Shown here piece after piece: positions 1-8,511 of a stretch of 22,292 bases of DNA (positions within the stretch are counted from its first letter, which is position 1; each line of letters opens with the position of its first letter). The stretch is from NCBI GenBank assembly GCA_043822705.1, contig JBDRBK010000158.1, positions 1-22,292 on the forward strand, in the 5' to 3' direction. The notes under the pieces are model-generated. The model saw only the letters and a program-made list of their open reading frames with translations. It did no database searches and was not told where the DNA came from. Position numbers and translations under genes: made by a program. The stretch comes from Fidelibacterota bacterium. Its GTDB lineage: Bacteria; Fidelibacterota; Marinisomatia; Marinisomatales; TCS56.

Positions 1-62
1 TTACCGTCATCAGCGGTAAGGGTATAATGGATGGAAACGACGGCTTTATCGGTGATTTTCAA
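1..62 (-). CDS. slyD: FKBP-type peptidyl-prolyl isomerase SlyD, N-terminal fragment (runs off the window edge)
   Basis: Manual translation from TTG at 62 gives MKITDKAVVSIHYTLTADDG, which matches the typical SlyD N-terminus. An AGGAG RBS lies at 69-73 on the minus strand. Not in the ORF track. Confidence 0.8.
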   Translation of the reverse strand, partial: MKITDKAVVSIHYTLTADDG

Positions 63-158
63 AATGTACTCCTGATATTGGTTTTTTGTTCAACAAGCGA
101 AGCCACGCCTGGTACAGATCAAGGGACTGGGCGCTGAACGAATGATTATTCTTGGTGA

Positions 159-187
159 AAATTAAGCGGAATGTGTTGTTTATTCAA
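159..187 (-). promoter_or_regulatory. Putative sigma70 promoter for slyD
   Basis: Minus strand reads TTGAAT-17 nt-TAATTT upstream of the slyD RBS. Confidence 0.4.
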
Positions 188-222
188 TAAAACTGAAACC
201 GTCAGCGCTATTTTTTATAAAG

Positions 223-837
223 TCATTTGATCAGGCTGATAACGACGATCTTGGAGACCACTTCGGCGGCAATCAGGCCAAAGGAATATAATATCATTGT
301 TTTCCAGCCACTTGCTTTGATATAACCGGCAAATGACCGGTAGCTTAAAATTACATACCAGACCATAATAAGCAGCATCACTGCAACGGAAAGATAAAAT
401 GAAATTTCATCACCGACGGCCAGTTCAGTACTGGAATTGGTTAACCCATTTTGAAACCGCAGATATTGCCCGTAGCGCTGTAGCGGAGCGGCCAGTTTCA
501 ACATAGCAATACTGACTATCAGGTAGGGCCAGCGCGCCAGGGTCTGCTGGCTGAAAAGGATTCCGAAATTTCCCGTCGATTTGTTTACCAATTTATCCAG
601 GCCGAATAGCAGCAGGGTGAAAATCAGAATATTGATAAAGCCTTCCACCAGGTGGAGTCCCAGGGAAGATTGCAGACCGCTATGGATATCCAGCAGGCCG
701 TCGAAATGAGTATTGGAGAAGGAATTCAGCCACCCGGCCAGCAAAACGACGGCGCCGCCGGTAATCAGCGTCAATTTCCGGGGTAAGATTTCGAATGGAT
801 TGAATAAAAGATTAAAGATCTGATTATTTTCAGGCAT
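223..837 (-). CDS. Hypothetical integral membrane protein (about 5 TM segments, possibly Yip1-like)
   Basis: 204-aa ORF with several hydrophobic segments and LFNPF and HFDGLLDIH motifs. More AT-rich than its neighbours. Confidence 0.7.
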   Translation of the reverse strand: MPENNQIFNLLFNPFEILPRKLTLITGGAVVLLAGWLNSFSNTHFDGLLDIHSGLQSSLGLHLVEGFINILIFTLLLFGLDKLVNKSTGNFGILFSQQTLARWPYLIVSIAMLKLAAPLQRYGQYLRFQNGLTNSSTELAVGDEISFYLSVAVMLLIMVWYVILSYRSFAGYIKASGWKTMILYSFGLIAAEVVSKIVVISLIK

Positions 838-926
838 ACGATCCCCGTTTAATAAATCTCTTTCTACAGATACGCCTCAGATTAACAATAAGTTAAAATA
901 TTTACAAATGAAATCTTAGCTCCCGT

Positions 927-2627
927 TCAGTAGCCCACCGCAGCATTTTCTCCGCGGGGATCGGCGCCGCCGTAGATGCCGGTGGAATCGACCAGAATGC
1001 AATTGGCGCGCCCGATATAGCCCCAGCGATGGGTCTCGACCTTGTGGCCCAGCAGTTCCAGGTTGGCAACGACGTCGGTTGAAAGACTGCGGATTTCAGC
1101 GGAAATTACGTCCGGGTACCACTGACTGTGGATGCGCGGGGCCGCCACCGCCTCCTGGATGTCCATTTTATGCACTATGACATTCAGAATAATCTGCAGT
1201 ACTGTGGTAATGATAGTGGAACCGCCCGGCGCCCCCACCAGCAGATATGGTTGATCATTTTTCAGAACGATCGTCGGCGTCATCGAACTCAGCATGCGTT
1301 TACCAGGGGCGATGGCATTGGCTTCGTTGCCCAGCAAGCCGAAGGCGTTGGGCACACCCGGCTTGGATGAGAAATCATCCATTTCATTGTTCAGCAGAAA
1401 GCCGGCGCCGTCCACGGTGATGCCGGAACCGAAACTGAAATTCAGGGTGGTGGTTACGCTGACGGCGTTACCTGCGCGGTCGATCACCGAATAATGGGTG
1501 GTCTCGGGACTTTCCGCGGGCCAGGTTTGTCCGGCACCGACTTCCCCGGAGGGCGTGGCCTCACTGGAGGTGATCGAGGCGCTGCGCCGGCGGGCGTAGT
1601 CCTTGGAGATCAGCATATCCAGCGGAATGTCCCAGAAATCAGGATCGCCGAGGTGTTCGGCACGGTCGGCGTAGGCCCGCCGCTCGACCTCGGTGAGCAG
1701 GTGAATGTAGGCCGACGAATTCCAGCCGATGGAATCAATCTCGAAATTTTCCAGCATGTTCAGCATCTGGATCACCAGCACGCCGCCGGAACTGGTGGGT
1801 GGCATCGTTAGGATGCCATATTCGCGGAAGGTCCCGGTGAGTGGCTCCCGGTAGTGTGACTGGTAATTTTTCAGGTCTGCGTGAGTAATCAACCCGCCGC
1901 CCCGCTGCATCTCGGCTACGATCAGGTCCGCCACCGGTCCGGTGTAGAAGCCGTCGCGGCCGTTTTTAACGATCAGTTGCAGGGTCCGGGCCAAGTCCTG
2001 CTGGACCAGCAGATCGCCGGCCTGCCAGGGACGACCGTCGGCGCGGATGAAGATGGCGGCGGTCCCGGGATCGCCGGTAAAGAAGTCTTTCTGGGAATTC
2101 AGGTGATCGGCGTAGCGCCGCGAGATCGGGTAGCCGCGGCGGGCCAGGGCAACAGCCGGCGCCAGTAGTTGTTTGCGGCTGATATTGCCGGAGCCGTAGT
2201 CGGCCCAGGCGGTCAGGAGTCCATCGACACTGCCGGGTACGCCGGAAGCCAGGTGGGTTGATATCGACAGTTTCTCGATCACTTTCCCGGTCGAATCCAG
2301 GAACATGTCGCGGCCGGCGGCGGCCGGAGCCTGTTCGCGGTAATCCAGCGTAAAAGTGCGGCCGTCGGCCAGATGCGCCACCATGAAACCGCCGCCACCG
2401 ATATTGCCGGCCTGGGAATGGGTCACCGCCAGGGCGAACCCGGTGGCCACGGCGGCATCCACGGCGTTGCCGCCCTGTTCCAGTATCTTGACACCGATTT
2501 CCGACGCCAGGCGGTTGGCTGATACCACCAGGCCGTGCTCGGCGAAGACCGGATCGGGATCGGCGGCCGGTAATTGGACGATAAAAAGGAAGGTTGAAAG
2601 TATAAATATTCCGTTGGTTCTGGGCAT
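927..2627 (-). CDS. ggt: Gamma-glutamyltransferase (glutathione hydrolase) precursor
   Basis: Motifs GGNAVDAAVA, GNIGGGGF, DYRE, ETTHYS (autocleavage Thr), LNNEMDDF, PGKRMLSSMTP and GADPR. The start is placed at Met19 of the ORF (2627), which gives a signal peptide. The upstream ATG at 2681 lies inside a hairpin. Confidence 0.95.
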   Translation of the reverse strand: MPRTNGIFILSTFLFIVQLPAADPDPVFAEHGLVVSANRLASEIGVKILEQGGNAVDAAVATGFALAVTHSQAGNIGGGGFMVAHLADGRTFTLDYREQAPAAAGRDMFLDSTGKVIEKLSISTHLASGVPGSVDGLLTAWADYGSGNISRKQLLAPAVALARRGYPISRRYADHLNSQKDFFTGDPGTAAIFIRADGRPWQAGDLLVQQDLARTLQLIVKNGRDGFYTGPVADLIVAEMQRGGGLITHADLKNYQSHYREPLTGTFREYGILTMPPTSSGGVLVIQMLNMLENFEIDSIGWNSSAYIHLLTEVERRAYADRAEHLGDPDFWDIPLDMLISKDYARRRSASITSSEATPSGEVGAGQTWPAESPETTHYSVIDRAGNAVSVTTTLNFSFGSGITVDGAGFLLNNEMDDFSSKPGVPNAFGLLGNEANAIAPGKRMLSSMTPTIVLKNDQPYLLVGAPGGSTIITTVLQIILNVIVHKMDIQEAVAAPRIHSQWYPDVISAEIRSLSTDVVANLELLGHKVETHRWGYIGRANCILVDSTGIYGGADPRGENAAVGY

Positions 2628-2672
2628 TATTCGCAAACTCTGGCTTAATAGTTGGACGGAAATATAGCTAAA

Positions 2673-2707
2673 AAAGGCCATACATCGACACGCTCAGTAT
2701 GGCCTTT
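2673..2707. repeat. REP-like hairpin (TTCGACAAGCTCA-core type); probable intrinsic terminator on the minus strand
   Basis: AAAGGCCATAC-ATCGACACGCTCA-GTATGGCCTTT has 11-bp perfect arms. On the minus strand it ends in T6 and starts 20 nt after the YccA stop codon. Confidence 0.65.
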
Positions 2708-2727
2708 AAACAGCGGAAAAGGTATGA

Positions 2728-3480
2728 TCAGCGGCGTTCCTGGAGTTTGGCCAGCAGGCGTAAAATTTCCAGGTAAAGCCAGATCAGAGTCACCAGCAGC
2801 CCGAACGCGCCATACCATTCCATGTATTTGGGGGCGCCGCGCTCGGCCCCTTCCTCGATGAAATCGAAATCCATGACCAGGTTCAGAGCGGCTATACCGA
2901 CCACTATCAGGCTGAACAGAATGCCGAAGTTGGAACTGCTATGAATCAGCGGCACCGACTTGCCGAAGAACCCCATGATAAAGCTGATCAGGTAGATGAA
3001 AAAGACACCACCGGTGGCGGCGGCAATGCCCAGCTTGAAATTCTCGGTCGGTTTGATCAGTCCCGAACGGTAGGCAATCAGCAGGGCGGCCAGGGTGCCG
3101 AAAGTCAGAAAAACGGCCTGGTTGACGATGCCGGGATACAGCTGTTCAAAATATTTGGAGATGCCGCCCAGGGCCAGACCCTCCAGCAGGGCGTAGGCGG
3201 GAACGGTATAGGGCGCCAGGTGTTTCTTGAAGGTGGTGACCAGCGCCAGGATCAGTCCGCCGAAGACGCCAACCATCATGAAGCCGCCCATCCGGGGATC
3301 GCCGGTGGGCAGGTTCCAGGTGAAGATGGCGGTGGACATCAGCAGTAGCAATGACAGGGCCGTTTTGTTGACCGTGCCCATGATCGTCATCGCCTGGTCG
3401 GCGGCGACGCGGCCGGCGCGGATGAAGGTTTCCGCCCGCAGGGCCGGGTTGCCGGAACGGAGCGAGAGGTGCTGGTTCAT
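2728..3480 (-). CDS. Bax inhibitor-1/YccA family membrane protein
   Basis: Motifs SGNPAL, MTIMGTVNKT, YALLEGL, LVMDFDFIEEG, PKYMEWYGAFGLLVTLIWLYLEILRLL; about 7 TM segments. Confidence 0.9.
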   Translation of the reverse strand: MNQHLSLRSGNPALRAETFIRAGRVAADQAMTIMGTVNKTALSLLLLMSTAIFTWNLPTGDPRMGGFMMVGVFGGLILALVTTFKKHLAPYTVPAYALLEGLALGGISKYFEQLYPGIVNQAVFLTFGTLAALLIAYRSGLIKPTENFKLGIAAATGGVFFIYLISFIMGFFGKSVPLIHSSSNFGILFSLIVVGIAALNLVMDFDFIEEGAERGAPKYMEWYGAFGLLVTLIWLYLEILRLLAKLQERR

Positions 3481-3483
3481 AAT

Positions 3484-4089
3484 TTAGTCCAATATTCTAT
3501 TTTGTTTAGCAGTTGGGTCAGGAATTTTGTAATGATTCAACCATTTTTCAAATTCATCTAATCCTGATTGATCCGGATTTTCGCTGTCACGGCTCCAGTT
3601 CCCAGGATTAGTATTTATATACTCACGAATATGTTCCAGTGCAGCTTCACTGCGGATGACATGTTCGTAGTAATTACGGTGCCATATTCGTGAATTGATT
3701 AAATACCCGCTTTCATGTGTCGATCTGGTCACTGCAGATTTGAATGATCTTATTATTGTAGGAATAGAATCAGGAACAGGTTTTCCAAAAACTTCAGATG
3801 TATGGGCACGGCGCACCGTGCCCATACAGTTGTCACTGACAACAGTGATTATCCCATGGAGATGATTCGGCATTATTACATAATTATCGATATCAATATT
3901 GTAACGTAAATCAGCGGTTCGGGCCCATTCATAATTAATTATTGTTCCAAAATCATTCAAATTCATTCTGTTTTTGTGAACAGATCCGAAAATTGGTTGC
4001 TTATGATAGCTGCAAATTGTGATGAAATACATACCCTGCCGGGAATAATCATACCCTGACAACCGAATCGATTTCCGATTTGGTAACAC
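3484..4089 (-). CDS. REP-associated tyrosine transposase (RAYT/TnpA-REP; Y1 HUH endonuclease of the IS200/IS605 superfamily)
   Basis: N-terminal RKSIRLSGYDYS..YFITIC, HUH motif MPNHLHGII, IIRSFKS, WHRNYYEHVIR and catalytic Tyr in EYINTNP. GTG start. GC is about 30-42% in three sampled 60-nt lines versus about 60% in the flanks. Confidence 0.9.
   Translation of the reverse strand: MLPNRKSIRLSGYDYSRQGMYFITICSYHKQPIFGSVHKNRMNLNDFGTIINYEWARTADLRYNIDIDNYVIMPNHLHGIITVVSDNCMGTVRRAHTSEVFGKPVPDSIPTIIRSFKSAVTRSTHESGYLINSRIWHRNYYEHVIRSEAALEHIREYINTNPGNWSRDSENPDQSGLDEFEKWLNHYKIPDPTAKQNRILD
3799..3828. repeat. REP-like palindrome inside the RAYT coding sequence
   Basis: TGTATGGGCACGG-CGCA-CCGTGCCCATACA has 13-bp perfect arms. 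It is a GC-rich island in an AT-rich gene and is translated in frame as CMGTVRRAHT. Confidence 0.8.
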
Positions 4090-4091
4090 TT

Positions 4092-5435
4092 TTATTTTGT
4101 GTAATTGTCGATCCGGTCCCGGATGGCGGCTACGATACCGGCCATCGGCACGCGCTCCTGCGCCTGGGAATCCCGTTCGCGGATGGTGATGGTGTCGTCT
4201 TCCAGGGTCTGATGATCGACGGTAATTCCGAAGGGCGTACCGGCTTCGTCCTGGCGATAATAGCGTTTGCCGATCGATCCCTGCTGATCGAAAATCACCT
4301 TCCAGTGCTGTTTCAGATCGTCAACGATTTTCCGGGCCACTTCCGGCAGGCCATCCTTTTTGACCAACGGACAGACCACCGCCGTAACCGGGGCGATCCC
4401 GGGATGGAAACGCAGCACTACCCGGTCATTTTCCTCGTCCTCCCAGTAGGCGTCGGACAGGACCGCCAGCAGCATCCGGTTCAACCCTGCGGAGGTTTCG
4501 ATGATATACGGGAAGTATTTTTCCTTGGTGTCGTCATCGAACATCTGCATGCTTTTCCCCGAGAATTCCTGATGGCGCTTCAGGTCAAAATCGGTGCGAT
4601 TGTGGATGCCTTCGATCTCGGACCAGCCGAAGGGGAAATCGAATTCGATATCCCAGGCTTCCTTGGCGTAGTGGGCCAGCTCATTTTCACCATGCTGGTG
4701 GAAGCGGATTTTCGCTGGGTCAATTCCCAGCTCTTCGGTGTAAAACTTTAACCGTTCGTTTTTCCAGCGCTGCAGCTCCTCGTCATCGGTGCCTGGTTTG
4801 ACGAAATACTGCATCTCCATCTGCTCGAATTCGCGGGTGCGGAAAATGAAATTACGGGCCACGATTTCATTGCGGAAGGCTTTGCCGATCTGGGCGATAC
4901 CGAAGGGTACTTTCAGGCGCATGGCGCCCTGGGTCAGCAGGTAATTGACATAGATACCCTGGGCGGTTTCCGGCCGCAGGTAGGCTTCCGAGCCTGATTC
5001 CTCCACCGGACCAACGGTGGTCTTGAACATCAGGTTGAACTGGCGCGGCTCAGTCAGCTTGCCGGTGGTACCGCAGGTGGGACATTTGATGGTGGTCCAG
5101 TCCAGGGCGGCGTAATCGGCGGCGAATTCGTCGGCGCGGTAACGGGCCTTGCACTGTTTGCAGTCCACCAGGGGATCGTTAAAATTGGAAACGTGGCCGG
5201 AAGCTTCCCAGATGCGTGGATGCATCAGGATACCGCTGTCCAACCCGACAATATTTTCATGGATCTGGGTCATGGCCCGCCACCAGCGCCGGGAAATGGC
5301 GTTTTTCAGCGACACGCCCAGGGGGCCATAATCGTAAACGGCACCGAAGCCGCCGTAGATTTCACTGGATTGAAAGATAAATCCCCGCCGCTTGGCCAGG
5401 GATACAATTTTTTCTAAACGTTGGTCTTTGGCCAT
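4092..5435 (-). CDS. glyQS: Glycine--tRNA ligase, homodimeric alpha2 type
   Basis: Motifs KRRGFIFQSSEIYGG, YDYGPLG, WEASGH, YLRPETAQG, IAQIGKAFRNEI, FRTREFEQME and GSIGKRYYRQDEAGTP. Confidence 0.97.
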   Translation of the reverse strand: MAKDQRLEKIVSLAKRRGFIFQSSEIYGGFGAVYDYGPLGVSLKNAISRRWWRAMTQIHENIVGLDSGILMHPRIWEASGHVSNFNDPLVDCKQCKARYRADEFAADYAALDWTTIKCPTCGTTGKLTEPRQFNLMFKTTVGPVEESGSEAYLRPETAQGIYVNYLLTQGAMRLKVPFGIAQIGKAFRNEIVARNFIFRTREFEQMEMQYFVKPGTDDEELQRWKNERLKFYTEELGIDPAKIRFHQHGENELAHYAKEAWDIEFDFPFGWSEIEGIHNRTDFDLKRHQEFSGKSMQMFDDDTKEKYFPYIIETSAGLNRMLLAVLSDAYWEDEENDRVVLRFHPGIAPVTAVVCPLVKKDGLPEVARKIVDDLKQHWKVIFDQQGSIGKRYYRQDEAGTPFGITVDHQTLEDDTITIRERDSQAQERVPMAGIVAAIRDRIDNYTK

Positions 5436-5464
5436 GATAAATTATGATTTAGGTGTGATTGAAT

Positions 5465-5902
5465 TCAGTCCAGCGCCTTCAGTTCGCGCTCGATCTGGTC
5501 ATCGTGGGGAACCTTGACGTCCGATTTGGGCCGGGTCCGAACCGGCAACGCCTGCCGGGGGGTCCGCAGGTAATTGGCGAATAATGCGATACCGATCAGG
5601 GCGATCAGGATCGGGGTGATCCAGGCCATTAGATTGAAGCCGCTGGCGACCGGCGATGCCAGGATGCGTTCGCCATATTGTTTCACATAGTGGTCCATAA
5701 TTTCTTTTTTAGTCCGGCCGTCCTCCACCATCTGGCGGATTTCCCGTTCCAGTTGGCTGTGGCCGTGGTCGTAGACCGTGCCGCTCCAGCAGCAGGGGGC
5801 GATCAGGCTCTGCTCCAGCTCGGTGATCAGCGCTTCCTGCGCCTCGGTGGCAGCCAGCGTCAGGCCGGCACTGATGAATATAATTATGATCAGTCGCTTC
5901 AT
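5465..5902 (-). CDS. ccmH: CcmH/CycL-like cytochrome c biogenesis protein, PCCW variant
   Basis: Signal peptide, LIAPCCW, EIRQMVEDGRTKKEIMDHYVKQYGERILASP, a TM segment (LMAWITP) and a C-terminal IERELK. The start overlaps the topA stop (ATGA). Confidence 0.8.
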   Translation of the reverse strand: MKRLIIIIFISAGLTLAATEAQEALITELEQSLIAPCCWSGTVYDHGHSQLEREIRQMVEDGRTKKEIMDHYVKQYGERILASPVASGFNLMAWITPILIALIGIALFANYLRTPRQALPVRTRPKSDVKVPHDDQIERELKALD

Positions 5903-8409
5903 TTCTTACGTCTTCGTTTTTTGGTTGGCCCCGCTGCCTGCTTTTTATTGATTAAATCCAGTGCTTGTTCCCAGGTTAAATCCTCGTGATTGATATTTTT
6001 CGGCAGGGCGGCGTTGACAGTGCCGTCGGTTACAAACGGACCGTAGCGGCCTTCCTTCAATACGATCGCCGCGCCGGAAACCGGATGGGTACCCAGTTGC
6101 CGCAGTTCCGAACTCGCCTTGCGGGATTGCGACAGCAGCGTGATGGCTTTTTCCAGGCTGATATTCAGCGGCGTGTCCGGCGCAGTCAGTTTGAGGTTGG
6201 TCCGGCCGGTTTTCAGGTATGGTCCGTAGCGTCCGTAATCAGCCAGGATTTCCTCGCCGGTCTCGGGGTGAGCGCCCAGACTGCGCGGCAGGTTCAACAG
6301 GCGCAACGCCAGTTCCAGGTCCAGTTCGCCGGGATCGGTGCCCTTGGGGATTCCCTTGCGGATCTTCGAATCACCCTTCTGGACGTAGGCGCCGTAAGGG
6401 CCTTCCTTGATATATATCTGTTCGCCGGAATCGGGATCGACGCCCAGGATTGCCGGTTGATCGGCATCCTGATTCAGGATCGCCAGTGCGGTTTCCAGGG
6501 TCAGATCGCCGGGTGCCAGGGACGCCGGCACCGTCTTGCGTTGATCGCCTTTCTGAATATAGGGACCGTAATTGCCGATCCGGGCTTCCACCAGCAGGCC
6601 TTCATCCGATCCCAGTGGAATCGTGCAGGCCTTGCGAATATCGACCTTGTCCTCGAGCATTTTTTCCAGGCCGATCATCCGGTCGTTGCCGTAATAGAAT
6701 GCTTCCATGAATGGCAGGGCCTGGGCTTCGCCGCGGGCGATGGCGTCGAGCTGATCCTCCATCGCGGCGGTGAATTCGGCATTCACCAGCGATTCGAAAT
6801 GATTTTCCAGCAATTGCACTACCGTGACCGCCAGAAAAGTGGGGATCAGTGTACCCTTGTTGTTTTCGACATAATCCTTTTGGATAATCCGCCCAAGAAT
6901 ATTGGCATAGGTCGAAGGCCGGCCGATGCCGCGGGCTTCCATTTCCTTGACCAGCGAGGCCTCGGTGAAGCGGGCCGGCGGCTTGGTCTGACGTTCGTCC
7001 ACAACCAGTTTTTCGCAGGTCAGGCGCTGATTGACACTCAGCGCCGGCAAGACTGTTTCCTTGTCGGCCAGTCCGGCTTCGGGATCGTCGCTGCTTTCCA
7101 CGTAAGCCCGCATGAAACCAGGGAAGAGAATTACCTTACCAACAGCCCGGAAAGCTGCCTTCTGATTAACTACCGTGACCGTTGTCTGCTTCAGGCGGGC
7201 CGGTTTCATCTGGCTGGCCAGGGTGCGCTTGCGAATCAGATCATAAAGCCGGGCTGCATCCTTATCCAGGTTGGCGGCCACTTCTTCCAGCGGTCTGAAA
7301 CTGGAGCCGGCGGGCCGAATGGCTTCGTGCGCCTCCTGGGCATTTTTGACCTTGCTGGTGTACTGGACCGGTTTTTCCGGTAGATATTCCGGCCCATAGC
7401 GCTCGGCGATTTCGCGCCGGGCGGCATCGAAAGCCTCGCCGGACAGATGCGTCGAATCGGTCCGCATGTAGGTGATATAACCAGCCTCGTACAATGACTG
7501 GGCGGTACGCATGGTCTTGCGGGCGGAAAACCGCAGTTTGCGGGCCGCCTCCTGCTGCAGAGTGCTGGTGATGAAGGGCGGCGAAGGCCGGGAAGACAAA
7601 GGTTTCTCGTCGATGTGGCTCACCACCCAGGGGCCGGGTTCCAGTTCCCGGGCCAGTGTCTCGGTCTGGGAACGGTTCAGCAACATCAAATTCTTTTTGG
7701 TCAACTGACCGGTCTGTTCGTCAAAATCCTTGCCGGTGGCCAGACGCTGGCCGTCCAACTCGTACAACTGTGTCGCAAACTGCTGTGGTTCGGCGGTGGC
7801 CAGGTCGGCCTTGAGTGTAAAATAGACGGCCTTTTTGAAGGCAACGCGCTGCCGCTCGCGGTCCACGATCATCTTGATCGCCGCCGACTGCACCCGTCCC
7901 GCCGACAGGGCAGTCTTGACGAACTTCATGTTTTTCTGGAGCGTGTTCCACAAGACCGGTGAAATTTTGTAGCCCACCAGCCGGTCGATGATCCGGCGCG
8001 TCATCTGGGCGTCCACCAACTGTTCGTCAATCGGTTGGCGCTGGCTTAGGCCTTCGGTAATACCGGACCGGGTAATTTCGGTGAATTGCACGCGTGACAG
8101 ACGGGCGTTCGGTATCTCGGCAGCCAGATGGTCGGCGATGGCCTCGCCTTCGCGGTCCGGGTCGGTGGCCAGGATAACCTCCGGTGCAGTCTTGGCGGCG
8201 GCTTTCAGTTTTTTCAGAAAATCGCGGCGGTCCGGCAGCACCTGCAGGGTCGGTTTAAAATCGGCAGCGATATCGATACCAAGCTCTTTTGGGGGCAAAT
8301 CCTTGATATGACCGACACAGGCCAGCACTTCATATTCGTCACCCAGATAACGGGCAATCGTACGCGCCTTCGAAGGCGACTCGACAATCAGGATTGGTTT
8401 TTCACTCAT
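5899..8409 (-). CDS. topA: Type IA DNA topoisomerase I with C-terminal (Topo C) repeats and no zinc fingers
   Basis: Motifs IVESPSKA, ATDPDREGEAI, SAGRVQS, ITYMRTDS (catalytic Tyr), AQEAHEAIRP and GIGRPSTY. Four G(R/N/P)YG(P/A)(Y/F) repeats and a basic tail follow. Confidence 0.97.
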   Translation of the reverse strand: MSEKPILIVESPSKARTIARYLGDEYEVLACVGHIKDLPPKELGIDIAADFKPTLQVLPDRRDFLKKLKAAAKTAPEVILATDPDREGEAIADHLAAEIPNARLSRVQFTEITRSGITEGLSQRQPIDEQLVDAQMTRRIIDRLVGYKISPVLWNTLQKNMKFVKTALSAGRVQSAAIKMIVDRERQRVAFKKAVYFTLKADLATAEPQQFATQLYELDGQRLATGKDFDEQTGQLTKKNLMLLNRSQTETLARELEPGPWVVSHIDEKPLSSRPSPPFITSTLQQEAARKLRFSARKTMRTAQSLYEAGYITYMRTDSTHLSGEAFDAARREIAERYGPEYLPEKPVQYTSKVKNAQEAHEAIRPAGSSFRPLEEVAANLDKDAARLYDLIRKRTLASQMKPARLKQTTVTVVNQKAAFRAVGKVILFPGFMRAYVESSDDPEAGLADKETVLPALSVNQRLTCEKLVVDERQTKPPARFTEASLVKEMEARGIGRPSTYANILGRIIQKDYVENNKGTLIPTFLAVTVVQLLENHFESLVNAEFTAAMEDQLDAIARGEAQALPFMEAFYYGNDRMIGLEKMLEDKVDIRKACTIPLGSDEGLLVEARIGNYGPYIQKGDQRKTVPASLAPGDLTLETALAILNQDADQPAILGVDPDSGEQIYIKEGPYGAYVQKGDSKIRKGIPKGTDPGELDLELALRLLNLPRSLGAHPETGEEILADYGRYGPYLKTGRTNLKLTAPDTPLNISLEKAITLLSQSRKASSELRQLGTHPVSGAAIVLKEGRYGPFVTDGTVNAALPKNINHEDLTWEQALDLINKKQAAGPTKKRRRKK

Positions 8410-8419
8410 ATTGGGGCGG

Positions 8420-8447
8420 AATTTACAGGTCGCATTTTGAAAGACAA
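8420..8447 (-). promoter_or_regulatory. Putative sigma70 promoter for topA (very short leader)
   Basis: TTGTCT-16 nt-TAAATT, ending 10 nt before the ATG. No Shine-Dalgarno is present. Confidence 0.4.
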
Positions 8448-8511
8448 GAAAATTTTACTGACGCTAAAATTCTCAATTAATGGTTAGACGGCCGTCACGG
8501 CGGCCGCTGCT

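Noticed and set aside
3484..4089. Interpretation as a complete IS200/IS605 element
   Set aside because: There is no tnpB and no intergenic space for end hairpins, and the motifs are RAYT-type.
5986..7383. 465-aa plus-strand ORF
   Set aside because: It is an antisense shadow of topA, expected with high-GC codon bias, and has no recognisable motifs.
8489..8506. GC-rich hairpin after the hisS stop
   Set aside because: The 7-bp stem has no adjacent U-tract, which is too weak to call a terminator.
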